Below, piece after piece: positions 49,976 to 64,000 of a DNA stretch of 64,000 bases; position 1 is the stretch's first letter, and every line of letters begins with the position of its first letter. The stretch covers positions 44,764,001 to 44,828,000 of the forward strand of contig OX597818.1 in NCBI GenBank assembly GCA_951406725.2. Direction: 5' to 3'. The DNA is from Octopus vulgaris. Lineage: Eukaryota. Both the position numbers and the translations under genes were made by a program. The notes under the pieces were generated by a model that did no database searches, was not told the DNA's origin, and saw only the letters and a program-made list of their open reading frames with translations.

Positions 49976-51285
49976 TTTCAGGGTTCCAGAAAGCTACCTG
50001 GTTATCAATAACTCAGGTGATTGGATGGAGCTAAAAAAAAAAATGATGGAAAGAAAATAGAATAGAAGGTAGCTGTATTGAGATGCGTGTCATCACCATC
50101 TGCTGCTAGAAGAAAAAGTGCTATGTGATGAGAATGGTCATAATCCACATAAGACTTACAGGAAGAAGTGCAAACATCAATATATTGGTGATGACATAGT
50201 ATTGAAAGGGTCCTGTATAGTAAACCTAACTCCTGACAACCTAGGATTTTAATGACATCACTGATAATAATGATAATTATGATTGTGTTAGGAATCTAAA
50301 CCACATAATGAATTTGATTCCTTCTGAACCATAGTGTCATATTGTAATATAGGCATCATTCAAGCTAACCTATCATGCTATGAAAAATATAACAGCCATA
50401 TATATATATATATATATATAATCCAATCAAAAAAGGGATAATATCTATCCAATATACTGCTGGTAGAATACCCAATTATTAATACACATTTGTGAATAAT
50501 ATTGCCATTGATTACAAGTCTCCAATGGGTCAATCAAAAGTTCATTTAGAATCTGTTTTACTTTGTCATCTGTTACAAAGATTCATAAAATTCATTAATG
50601 AATTTATATTCCTATATTTGCTAGGACACGCTCTTTTCTCAGCACCTAGTTTATGAGATATGGAAAGCTACAGAAAATGCATAATTTGAACAAATGATCT
50701 ATATGTTATCACTATAACCACTCAAACAGTGAAACACAACTCTTCTTTCATCTTCTCTTCCTTTTTGTTTTTCCTCTTATCTCACCTTTATTCTTCAAAC
50801 CTAAACATACACGTTCACAGAAACACATAACCAACTTCCATTAGATATTTCTACATTATAGTAATATATTTATACTGATTGATGTTGCAATCAATAAAAC
50901 TAAATGAGGTCTAAGAGCTGTAGATTGTTCAGTTAATGCAACAACTGCAGCTGTGCAAACAACTATGCACTAATGTGCATCTGAGTCATTAGTTTGTATA
51001 ATATAATGGATAATTTGGTTATGGCTGCACTAGTCGAATTAGTTTGTGAAGACAGCTGGGTAACGGTGTGACTATTGCAATGGTGACAATAATGATAAGT
51101 AGATGAACTGATGGGAATGAAAATAATACTACGTAAAGTTATTACGATGATGACAACGATGACAGCAAGAATAAGGAAACTGTCTGTAACTTTGAAAAAA
51201 ATGTCAATACTAATTTCATCAGCCTTATACTTGTTATTACGATGATGACAACGATGACTTCCTTAACAAGTAGTGCTCACTACTT

Positions 51286-52383
<1,098 letters not shown>

Positions 52384-52646
52384 TAAACAGGCAACATTGG
52401 TCACATCAACATCAGCAAAGAACAAAAAACCTTTTTTTGACTCCACCCATGTACTAAACACATCAAATATTGCAACTCTCTAAACATTATTAAAGGAATC
52501 AGATACTGTGGAAAGCAGAGTAGGAAAATGGAAAGAAGTTACAAACAGCTGCCTGCTGTTACGCCAGCAGACAATAGATAAATGGGGTAGACGAACCCAT
52601 TGAAATGATGTTTTTAATAGTACTAGTGGTGTTAATATTAGCAATT

Positions 52647-53084
52647 TATTTCTTTATTGCCCACAAGGGGCTAAACATAGAAGGGACAAACAAGGACAGA
52701 CAATGGGATTAAGCCAATTAGATTGACCCCAGTGTGTAACTGGTACTTATTTTATCGACACTGAAAGGATGAAAGGTAAAGTCGACCATCGTGGAATTTG
52801 AACTCAGAACATCACGGCAGACGAAATACCTATTTCTTTACTACCCACAAGAGGCTACACACAGAGGGGACAAACAAGGACAGATGGATTAAGGACAAAC
52901 AAGGACAAATAGATTAAGTTGATTATATCAACCCCAGTGCGTAACTGGTACTTAATTTATCGACCCCGAAAGGATGAAAGGCAAAGTTGACCTCGGTGGA
53001 ATTTGAACTCAGAACGTAGCAGCAGACGAAACACCGCTTAGTATTTCGCCCGGCATGCTAACGTTTCTGCCAGCTCGCTAGCCT
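52647..53084 (-). mobile_element. SINE family C, dimeric
   Basis: 17-bp TSD TGTTAATA(T/C)TAGCAATT. Confidence 0.9.
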
Positions 53085-53534
53085 TGTTAATACTAGCAAT
53101 TACAATAAAACCCAGACCAACAAGGAATATTACTTCTTTTCCCGACACATAACTAAATGTATAGATTGAAGAACAAATCTACTTATAAAGCAATCTTCAT
53201 TAACTTTCTTTAAAGGAAGTCAGGTATATGAAATTCTAAAGCTAATGGTATTTAGTGTTAAATGATCAGAGAAATGAACAGAGAAAGTTTCTCCATTGGA
53301 ACTCCAATTTACTAATTACTAATTATAATTTCTTGCATTTAGTAGACAATTGATTATAAAAATTGAAACATTGCTAAAAAAAAAACCAGATGGAATATTT
53401 CCTTGAGTCTTTTGGTTTCAGTAAGAAAACTTAAAGAATGACAACTACGTTTAATCAATATAATAGGGTATCACAGAAAAATATTTGGTAATATTTAAAA
53501 AGAGATTCTGTAAGTTTTGGCACAAGGCCAGCAA

Positions 53535-54123
53535 TCACCAGTCTGGAACCCCTATCTTGCCCAGGCTATTAATCATCAGGAAACCGTTCAGCGATGTGCA
53601 ACCAAGAGAATACCCTCCATTAGACATTTGCCATATTCTGAACGCCTTACTTCCCTGGGTATAGATACATTGAAACTCCGACATCTGGCAGCTGACTTGG
53701 CAGACACCCATAAAATTATTAACCATCTTACAAACAATAACTCTGAGCACCTTTTCAAACTCCATCTGTCTAACACCCGTGGACATGTTTACAAAGTCAG
53801 AAAACAGCACAGCTCCCATGACTTTCGGAAACATTTTTTCACACTAAGAGTTGCTGAAGCATGGAACAAACTGCCGGCATCAGTTGTTAGTTGTCGGAGC
53901 ACTGCATCCTTCAAAACTTCCATGCTTCCTGAGATTCGCCAACACTACACCTGATTTTCGCCCCTCCATACACACACAAGCATGTATCTGACTCATACAC
54001 TGTTCACTTCCCAGACATTTGTACATTACTGCATATGCTTTATACGCACTTTTGACAAGTTGTGGTGCACCTGAGCACTGTATACAATAATTTCATTATC
54101 ATTATTATTATTATTATTATATT
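53535..54123 (+). mobile_element. CR1/L2-group LINE 3' fragment
   Basis: SPVWNPY...ETVQRCATKRIP...YSERL...TRGH...FFTLRVAEAWNKLP, stop at 53954; (ATT)n tail. Confidence 0.93.
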
Positions 54124-54289
54124 AATTACATTGACCCCAGTAGTCAACTGTTACTTATTTTATTGATCCCAAATGCATGAAATGCAAAGTTGGCCTTCAT
54201 GGAATTTGAACTCAAAATGTATGGACAGACAAAATTCCACTAAGTTGTGTTAACAGTTCTGCCAATTTGCCACTCCACAGTATCAGTCA

Positions 54290-54505
54290 ATATTCTTTTC
54301 TACTCTAGGCACAAGACCTGAAATTTTGGGGGAGGAGGCCAGTCAATTAGATCGACCCTAGTATGCAACTGGTACTTAATTTATTGACCCCAAAAGGGTG
54401 AAAGGCAGGGTTGACTTCAGTGGAATTTGAACTCAGAACGTAAAGACAGATGAAATACCGCTAAGCATTTTGCCCGGCGTGCTAACGATTCTGCCAGCTC
54501 GCCGT
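54290..54505 (-). mobile_element. SINE family C monomer
   Basis: Conserved body; an older copy lies at ~54125-54280. Confidence 0.85.
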
Positions 54506-54536
54506 CTTACAGGTTCAGTCAATATTAAAACAATAC

Positions 54537-54970
54537 AAGGTGGCAATCTGGCAAAAATGTTACCAGGCCGGGCGAAATGCTTAGCAGTATTTCGTCTGTC
54601 TTTATGTTCTGAGTTCAAATTACGTCAAGGTCGACTTTGCCTTTCATCCTTTCAGGATCGATTAAATAAGTACCAGTTACGCACTGGGGTAGATGTAATC
54701 GACTTAATCCATTTGTCTGTCCTTGTTTGTCCTCTCTGTGCTTCAGCCCATTGTGAGTAATTAAAGAAATACAAAGTTTACTGTTTCGTTTGTCACCTAC
54801 GTTCTGAGTTCAATTATTCTGTATCAACAAAAGCAAGTCAGTGACTTTGCCTTTACCATCCTGCTTGGGGGTTGATAAATTAAGTACCAGTTTGGCACAC
54901 TGGGGTCGATCTAATCAACTGGTCCCTTCTCCCCAAAAATTTTGGGCCTTGTAAGAATCTTGGAGTAGAA
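54537..54970 (+). mobile_element. SINE family C, dimeric (second half garbled)
   Basis: AATATTAAAACAATACAA on both flanks. Confidence 0.8.
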
Positions 54971-55676
54971 ACGAATATTAAAACAATACAAAGTTTACTG
55001 TTTTATTATGTGTAATACCTCCATTCTGAGAGTTTGTATTCCATCCACATTATTTGTGTATCAACTAAAAGCAAGTAAAAGTGACATTGAAACTTTTTAC
55101 CATGATGCTCATACATACTTTGAAGCACTGAAGTCTGCTAATGCAATAAAAGAACAGGAAACATGGTGCCTATAGAATTACTTTCTCTTACATGAATCAC
55201 ATCATTTATCTCAGTAAGGAATCATGGTTGAAAGAATCATTGGCACAAATAATATATATGTGTGTGTGTGTGTATGTGTGAAGATTCTTAGGAATTGTAT
55301 TCCATCCACATTTTAGTTTATCATGGCTTACAGCATGTAAGGGTGAGTAAATGCTACACTCCATAAGGCTCATACATACTTTGAAGCACTGAAGTCTGCT
55401 AATGCAATAAAATTAACTTAAGAGAACATGAGTTCCTTAGAACTCTCTTTCTCAAGTGTTCCTAAACTCACATCTCTCTCTCTCTCTCTACACTTCTCAC
55501 ATCTCCCTCTCATTCTCATTCTCTCTTACTGAACTCATTAGAAATAGTAGCTAAAAAACTTTTAAAAACTATTTCTAATACTTATTAGAAATAGTTTTAA
55601 AAAAGTTTTTTTAGCTACTATTTAGCCAAAGAAAAGTGGATAAGGGTGAGTAATATGCTCACCTCTATCATGCATG

Positions 55677-55715
<39 letters not shown>

Positions 55716-55717
<2 letters not shown>

Positions 55718-55881
55718 GCGTAGGAGTGGCTGTGTGGTAAGTAGCTTGCTTACCAGCCACATGGTTCTGGGTTCAGTCCCACTGCGTGGCACCTTGGGCA
55801 AGTGTCTTCTACTATAGCCTCGGGCCGACCAAAGCCTTGTGAGTGGATTTGGTAGGCGGAAACTGAAAGAAGCCCGTTGTA

Positions 55882-55924
<43 letters not shown>

Positions 55925-56120
55925 ATATGTTTCTGTGTTTGTGCTTGTATCCCCAACATATCGCTGGTGTGTTTACTTCCCCGTAACTTAGCGGTTTGGC
56001 TAAAGAGACCGATAGAATAAGTACTAGGCTTACAAAGAATAAGTCCTGGGGTCGATTTGCTCAACTAAAGGCGGTGCTCCAGCATGGCCGCAGTCAAATG
56101 ACTGAAACAAGTAAAAGAAA
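55716..56120 (+). mobile_element. SINE family B
   Basis: Full-length copy. Confidence 0.9.
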
Positions 56121-57122
56121 ACCAAAATGGATAGGAAGTTTCTTAACTGGTTTGTGCAAAATCAACAAATTGAAGTATTCTGAATTCAGGCTAAAAATAA
56201 GCGCAGGAAACAAATGAAGAGGGATTGTATTACCAAATTACCGATTACATATAAAACATATGATGTTAGATATGAATACAAAGAGCAGCTATTAACCCCT
56301 TGCACTAGTTACTCCCATTGCATTAAAGAAAAGAAAAAAGTGCTTTTTTCTATAGCTATTATTTTATAGAATTTGTTGGTTTTTACTGACATGAAACAAA
56401 AACACTTTCTTCCTCAGCAAATTATCCAAGTGTTGAAAGCATTAAAATCTTGCACGGAAGGAGATATATTGAGATAATGGAAACAAAATATACATTGCTA
56501 TTTTATAACAGTTCTATCATCAGTAATTGTTTTATGAATATAAAGGGAATCATTATCTGTTGAAGAAAGCCTCAGTGATAAATTAACCAATGATAAGCTT
56601 TTTTAGAACTAACAGTAGCTGCAGTGTATCTTGCAAACGTTTTATATCTAAAAGGTTAAAGACAATAGGGTGAACACTGTTAGAAGCAACCCATGCTCAA
56701 TTTTCTTGGCATTCAGCCACAAAATATTTTTTCTTTTCATCAGTTTACAATTATCAAACAGGATATAACTATAGTCAATGTTTATGTATTTTGGGCGAAT
56801 TCTTTTTATTTTATGCATAACTGCACTATTTCATTAACAGATACTAAAGTGGGGAGTGATATTAAATCTTTATAGATAATTAAGATTGAACCTCACTCTT
56901 CACTTTTTATTTAATTTCCTAACTGGCAGAGACAGGCTAGTCATAACAATGATGTTTATATTTTTGGATGGGTTAATTATTTTCAAGGTTAAACAATATT
57001 TAGTTTTAAGATGAGAATAAATAATAAAAAACAAGAGTTCTTTTAGCCAAAATGTTTAATTCAGGGTTTAAAGAATAAGGAGTTTGAAATAGGTGATTGT
57101 TATGGTAATATTACAGACTATG

Positions 57123-57161
<39 letters not shown>

Positions 57162-57897
57162 TCTTTTACTTGTTTCAGTCATCTGACACAAGGATACTGT
57201 ATTTGCAAAAAAAACCCTCGATCGAGCATCACTGTTTACAAGGCTCTATGCTTGGAATGACCAAACATAACTAGCATTGGAACTCACACACCAGGTACAA
57301 GAAACATCTTCACCACATATATACACCATTCTACTTAAATAATGGAACTGCAATTACTTGATTATGCAACCGTTTCCCTGCATTATGAGATCTAGTTGTG
57401 TTTCCACAGGAGATATGTAAATATAGTCTCTGTAAGTTCAATTTCTCAGCCTCAAGAACATCCACTCTGTTGTGGCCTGAATTTGTAAGAGTCACTGAGT
57501 TTATCTAGGTGTATTATTGCTGAAGCACTGTTGGCAATTGTAGTAATAGAAAATAAATGTCTGACCACAATCCTTCTTGGTGACTCCAAATTTTCATGAC
57601 AGATGCCCAAATGCAAACCTGGAAGTAAGTATAATACTACTACTGGATAGCACACAAGGTGAAATCTGAAGGTGGACAAACTTGATACTGTATTCTGCTA
57701 TATTGTTAACAGAATATACTATATATATATAAATAGATGTGTCTATTTTCCCCTTGTTAACAATTAACACAGAAAAAAATAGATAAATAGTTACCAGGGT
57801 AGCAAAAAATCACAGAAGTAAAGAGGTTGTAACTCCTTGTTTCTAAAGGTAGAAACTTCGTGTTTACGTGGAATTTTTTTGTATAATATATAAATAA

Positions 57898-58027
57898 ATA
57901 AATGGAGTTTAACACAGGTATAATTCAAATACTTTTACTTCCGACACATGTTTCGAAGATATCACTGATATCTTCCAAACATGTGTCAGAAGTAAAAAAT
58001 ATTTGAATTATACCTGCATTAAACTCC

Positions 58028-58033
<6 letters not shown>
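57898..58033. mobile_element. Fold-back palindrome (~67-bp arms) containing the 3' half of a hammerhead motif
   Basis: Centre GAAGATATCA-C-TGATATCTTC; minus strand TTC-GAAAC-ATGT-GTC-GGAAG; abuts (TA)n. Confidence 0.7.
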
Positions 58034-58095
<62 letters not shown>

Positions 58096-58229
58096 AGTTA
58101 TGGTATAGTCTGTTAAGGTTGTAGTAGAATATTTAAACAATAAATTAAATAGAGAGATACAAATGACAATCCAATAATTTATTCATATTTTAATATAGCA
58201 TAATATACTATGAATATAATATAATAGAA

Positions 58230-58790
58230 TATAACATAAACAATTACTTAAAAAACCAATGTACCAGTGAATAACCAGGGAATATTGGATGCTTTACAGA
58301 AAGAAAACAGACCAACAAACACAGCTATATATACCTACACCCCTGGAAACAAATTATACATTTGATACTGCTACACTTCCCACACACCCCTTCCCCACAA
58401 GAACACCACATTAATAATACCCACTTTCTGTACTTCAAGATAAACCTTCCTGGTTTTCACAGCATACCCAACCAAGGGACATAACTCCTAAACTAATCCT
58501 CTGACCCCTTTTTCATTTCACCACCTTTTTCACAGAAGTCACTGATCAGTTGTGCTAATCCAACTCTAATAATAGAGAGCAGTCAACATATTTCCTTCCA
58601 TCTCGACTAACTCTGATGAGTGTAAAGTCATATAATCAGTTAGTTACCTAACACTCCATTATATTCTTTACAGGAAACCGATTGGTAAGACCAGCCCTGA
58701 TGGATATTTAATACTATACATTTCATATAATATACCTACTGTACTGACAGTTATACAAGTGCATCTTTTCCCTGATGACTCATGCATGTA
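58230..58790 (+). mobile_element. Penelope-like 3' remnant (decayed endonuclease end plus pLTR)
   Basis: TFLVFTAYPTKGHN (~58444-58485) loosely resembles a PLE GIY-YIG C-terminus; followed by a hammerhead; microsatellites on both sides. Confidence 0.5.
58611..58689 (+). ncRNA. Type I hammerhead ribozyme motif, canonical core
   Basis: CU-CUGAUGA-g-UGUAAAG...CUUUACA-g-GAAAC-cgauug-GUA-AG. Confidence 0.65.
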
Positions 58791-58792
58791 TG

Positions 58793-58878
<86 letters not shown>

Positions 58879-59035
58879 TACCAAATATATACATTTTATT
58901 TATTATTTTGCACATTACTTAATCATTGTTATATGTTTTATATTATATCTAATCTTTCTATAAGATGTAATTTTTCTAAATGGCATAATTTAATTTTTCA
59001 TTATTGAATTGATAAAAGGTGTTTTTTTTTCTAAT

Positions 59036-59083
<48 letters not shown>

Positions 59084-59134
59084 GTGTGTGTGTGTACATA
59101 CATACATACATACATACATACATACATACATACA

Positions 59135-59166
<32 letters not shown>

Positions 59167-59680
59167 CACAAACAAATATGGCTGAGAATCAGAATTAAGT
59201 ACCTGCATATTAAAAAAATTCTTCTTTTTTTTTTGTTTTCTTAGCTTTGACAACTTTGCTACTGTACTGCAAATTGTATTTAATATCAGTTATATTCACT
59301 GCAGTCTTTTTAGTAATAAAATTTCAAAGGACTACCATAACCATTTGAAATAATCTATACTTAGTTTTAATAACTGTTTTTTTTTTTCTTTTGTTAATCA
59401 ATTTTATTAGCTGTTCCATATTATAATTTTTTTTTTTTTTAAATTGAGGATAATCAAATATGCTACCTGACCTTCAATATATTGAAAGATAGGGATAACA
59501 GCTGGGGAAAGCTACCATATAGTTTCAAATAAATAAATAAAAAATAGACTCTATAGCAAAATATTGAATGCATGAATAAAAGTAAGACAGTATTTAATTA
59601 TAGTCCTTTTTTTTTTACTTGCTGAGTCCAGAATTGTTAGTGCCTATGATCTCCAACATAGATGGGATTGAAGCTATTAA

Positions 59681-59899
59681 CCCTTTCGTTACTGTATTTA
59701 TTTTGAGATGCTCTGTGTTTCTTTCAATTATTTTAAATATAACAAAGAATTTAGTTAAATAACTTAGTATCATTCAGCTAGTGTTAGGAACACAAATTGT
59801 GACTAAGGTTTGCTGGAAGATTTTAATTCCAAACTTATGAAAATAAGACATTTGAACTCAGAGCCAGAGCCAGTTTCGGCTGGGTTGATAACAAAAGGG
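59681..59899. mobile_element. piggyBac-like MITE
   Basis: TTAA|CCCTTTCGTTAC ... ATAACAAAAGGG|TTAA. Confidence 0.8.
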
Positions 59900-60319
59900 T
59901 TAACGTACCTCATAAACTTTTGTCATTCAATACCTGCACGAAAGATTGAAGAACTTAAGCAGAAAACTAAGACTTTACTGATAATATTCTGAAGTTGCTA
60001 GTACAAAGCTGATATAGACAAAATATCTATACCCTGCACAAAATGTTGGTTGTAATGAAGTTTGATATGATACAATCAGAAAATTACTATAAAATAACAA
60101 AAGGAGGACTAAAAGAATATTTAGGGAAAATGGGAGACTGATAAGTGTATGATGGAAACACGAAGAAAAAGAAATTTTTCTCTTCATATAAAGAAGCTGT
60201 ACATTGGAAACCAACTACAATGAAATAAAACTAACCAATTGAAGATTTAGTTAAGGATAAAACAACTGAAATGTTTACAAAAATTCAAATTCAAAATTGA
60301 AATTGAGTCTAAAAATATA

Positions 60320-60495
60320 CTGGAAAAAAAAATGAAGGAAAAATCTTTATAATCAATATTCTGGAAGATTCAACAGTAAGCCAGAGCGAAAGATAATAAT
60401 TATTTGATTGCATTGGGATAAAAATACAAAGCAAGGGCCTCATTCTAGCAGCAGAAGATCAAGTCCTCACCATAAACAACTATGAAAATGAAATA
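60320..60495 (+). mobile_element. Decayed Dong/R4-type non-LTR retrotransposon fragment
   Basis: GIKIQSKGLILAAEDQVLTINNY (60415-60483) matches the R4/Dong GLKxETEGxIxAAQDQxLxTxNY motif. Confidence 0.65.
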
Positions 60496-60640
60496 GGGAA
60501 ATATTCCTGCTGGTATTTCATTAACAACTTTGCCCAGACTTGTGCCTCGGGTAGGGGAGTGGGGTGGCTTTCTAGATGCAGTCCCATGATCATTCATGAC
60601 TGAAGGGGATCTTTATCCTTTACTTCTTACTCTTTTAATA

Positions 60641-61156
60641 TTGGGTTGTCCGGAAAGTTTGTGCCAATTTTTAAAGGAAAGAAAAATGTCAACAGATATG
60701 AACCATTTTGTTGCATCATGTGTCTCCATTTTTCCTTTAACTTGAAAATACCCTCTTCCCAGAATTGAGGTGGTTTCGTGGCAAAGAATTCATCAAGGTA
60801 TCTTTTTACGTCATCCAAGGAATTGAAATTTCTCCCGTTAAGACTATTCTGCAAAGACCTAAATAAGTGGAAATCCAAAGGAGCAATATCTGGTGAATAT
60901 GCAGCCGAGCTACAGCAATTTTTGTCTGGTTCTCAAAGCATCAAGTGCCGAAAATGAACTTTCTCATCTTCCATTTTAAAGGGTTACAAAATTAACACAG
61001 GTTATAAGAACATAAACCTTCTTCCACGGAAAGATAGCTTAAACTGTGCTCTAAATGGAGGTGTAGTCAAATCCTATTTTATGGACTCAACCATGTTCTA
61101 AAATAAGTCAAAAGGTAAGCTACTATAAATCGGCACAAACTTTCCGGACAACCCAA
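60641..61156 (-). mobile_element. Internally deleted non-autonomous mariner (same family as 5228-5794)
   Basis: Same TIRs, TA TSD and deletion junction. Confidence 0.95.
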
Positions 61157-61845
61157 TATAATCGTAGAGTGATATAATTGTGTGGTGCTGCATAACTAGA
61201 TTATAGCATAGAATAGACTATGTTGGTTATATAGCAATAGTTATAGAGAGGAAATAGAGTGACAACATAGAACAACATACAAACATAGTTATAATAGCCA
61301 CAATGATAAAAACAGATGATAGCTGCTGTTGTGAAATATATCAGTATAAGGAAACTATATCATGTGCTGCTGAATAACAATAATTGACATAACTATAATG
61401 TGATGGGTAATAAAATAGGAGATACTGTAATAACACTCCTATATCACTTAATATGAAATGTGTAATCCTTACCTGTTAATATTGGAAAGATAGCTACTTT
61501 TCCAGCAATAACAATGAAAAAGATAGTTTTCATTTCTTGCTCAACAAAGCAAATGAAAAATCTCATTAGACACGAAAGGAAAACATTGGATTTGTCAATT
61601 CCTGATTATCTGATCAAAGTGAAATAATCACACTGTAACTGTCAGAAACGACACTATGATAACTTACAACTTGGGGAAATTTGAATACCTTTTATCTCTA
61701 TAGATTGTTAAAGACAATTATCCTAATATAATACCTTTGATATTTCTGGGGTTATTTATTGCTGCTATCACTGCTGCTGATGGTTAAACAATATTGAAAA
61801 TAGATGTTGTAATGACAAACATTGGGTGGTGGTGTGGGTCTAGTG

Positions 61846-62080
61846 AGGTGGCGGGCTGGTAGAAACATTAGCACGCAGGGCGAAATGCTAAGCGGTATTT
61901 CGTCTGCCATTACGTTCTGAGTTCAAATTCTGCTGAGGTCGACTTTGCCTTTCACGCTTTCGGGGTTGATAAATTAAGTACCAGTTATGCACTGGGGTTG
62001 ATGTAATCAACTTAATCCATTTGTCTGTCCTTGTTTATCCTCTCTGTGTTTATCATCTTGTGGGTAGTAAGGAAATAGGT
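61846..62080 (+). mobile_element. SINE family C monomer
   Basis: Conserved body; GGTGTGG(G/A)TCTAGTGA on both flanks. Confidence 0.88.
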
Positions 62081-62571
62081 GTGGATCTAGTGATGATACT
62101 GATGTCAGGGTACTTATGACAGTGATAATTATGCTAGTTGGTTACTGAGATAATAAAGATGTGCTTCTTACATGGGGTAGTTGTATTAGTAGTATTTATG
62201 GTAGTTATAGGTATGGAGCTAGTGTTGGTTGTTGGAGCATCCAACTTGACTGATTTTCGTAGGCAGAGGATTGCAACCCTTAGCACTTTAATCCACTGTG
62301 ACTTTGTTCTCTCTTCAATCTTGAGCGACAGATTCAATCCATTGCCCAGGTTATCACCACCACTTAGTGCTGATATTGTTTTCAGAGGGCAAGGAAAATG
62401 TCACTGCTGCTGCCCCTATCATCTAATGCCCTTTTTTCCATGCTGGTATGGATTGGCCGGGCCAAGTTCTATGTCTGCTTTGGCATGGTTTCTACAGCTG
62501 GATGCTCTTTCTAATGCCAAACACTTAATGCTTTTTATGTTGCACCAGCACTTGTGAGGTCATAGAATACC

Positions 62572-62803
62572 TATTTCTTTACTACCCACAAGGGGCTAAA
62601 CACAGAGGGGACAAACAAGGACAGACAAATGGATTAAGTCAATTATATCGACCCGAGTGCGTAATTGGTACTTATTTAATCGACCCCAAAAGGATGAAAG
62701 GCAAAGTCGACCATGGCAGAATTTGAACTCAGAACGTAGCAGCAGACGAAATACTGCTAAGCATTTCGCCCGGCATGCTAACGTTTCTGCCAGCTTGCTG
62801 CCT
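62572..62803 (-). mobile_element. SINE family C monomer
   Basis: 17-bp TSD TGAGGTCATAGAATACC. Confidence 0.92.
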
Positions 62804-63114
62804 TGAGGTCATAGAATACCCTCAAGATAAGACCCTTCAACTGAGCAGGATATATATTGGAAAAACTATGATAGAGTTAGAGGAGTAGGTGTGTTGCTGA
62901 AGAGGTGAAAACATGGCTTGGTCACCTGCAGAGTAAGAGAGAGAAAGAAACAGAAAGAGATGCGAGGTTCTGGTACAACGTGAATATGAGACAGAACAGA
63001 AAGTGCACTGAGTAAAAATAGTGTGATTGATAATTAGAGATAGGAACTTAATTGGATACAGAGGATATTAGTTCACAAACTTAGATCCAAATTGAAAATT
63101 TTGAAATTATCTTT

Positions 63115-63515
63115 AATAATAATAATAATGAAATTATTGTATACAGTGCTCCGGTGTACCACAACTTGTCAAAAGTGAGTATAAAGCATATGCAGTAATG
63201 TAATGTACAAATGTCTGGAAAGGGAACAGTGTATGAGTCAGATACATGCTTGCGTGTGTATGGAGGGAAAAAAATCAGGTGTAGTGTTGGCGAATCTCAG
63301 GAAGCACGGAAGTTTTGAAGGATGCAGTGCTCCGACAACTAACAACTGATGCCGGCAGTTTGTTCCATGCTTGAGCAACTCTTAGAGTGAAAAATTGTTT
63401 CTGAAAGTCATGGGAGCTGTGCTGTTTTCTGACTTTGTAAACATGTCCACAGGTGTTAGACAGATGGAATTTGAAAAGGTGCTCAGAGTTAGTGTTTGTA
63501 AGATGGTTAATAATT
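63115..63515 (-). mobile_element. CR1/L2-group LINE 3' fragment
   Basis: Same family as 53535-54123. Confidence 0.9.
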
Positions 63516-64000
63516 TAAATTTTACTGCTAGAAAATCCTAACATTTCCTATTTATATATATATAATTCTTTTGTTATGAGCTGATAAATATATATGGAAT
63601 ATAAAAGCTATAACTTCTCATTAATAACTCATATATATGTGTGTGTGTGTGTGTGTGCATGTGTGTGAAGTGTGTGCACACATGCATGTGTGCATGTATG
63701 TGTGTGTGTATGCACACACATGTGTGTGTATAAATTCAGATGAGTGGTTTAGACTTTTTGGAAGATAACTTTTACAATGGAATATGTTTTTGCTGTTTTT
63801 GTTCTTTACTCTCTGAAAATATCGGAACTATTGTAATGATGGCTGAAATGTTATCTGTATATTCTTTATTTATAGCAATGTGGATATAGGCCAAGTTTAT
63901 CAGTATATTTCGTCTTTCTACCCGAATAGTACTTCCTTGAGATAATATTTTATGTAATCTTTGCCACCATATCATATCTCATAAAGAAATATAACTGCTT

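Overview
AT-rich, microsatellite-saturated eukaryotic DNA. The repeat families suggest an Octopus (coleoid cephalopod) genome; this is my inference from memory, not a database result. I find no convincing host protein-coding gene. Almost all track ORFs are microsatellite or repeat translations, and the only recognisable protein fragments come from mobile elements (CR1/L2-group, RTE and Dong/R4 LINEs; mariner and Tc1 transposases). The window reads as a large intron or intergenic region filled with tRNA-derived SINEs, RTE-tail repeats, MITEs, a non-autonomous Helitron, a solo LTR and a 28S rRNA fragment. Many repeat boundaries are approximate. The most interesting signal is a set of roughly ten minimal type I hammerhead-ribozyme motifs from several unrelated Penelope-like (pLTR-type) repeats, mostly next to (TA)n tracts. 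Several have a U3:A8 core, and several sit in 130-430 bp fold-back palindromes, two of which turn at the ribozyme's own stems. There is also a strong recursive-splice-site candidate (poly-pyrimidine, CAG|GTAAGT, 34-nt exon) on the minus strand near 2.6 kb.
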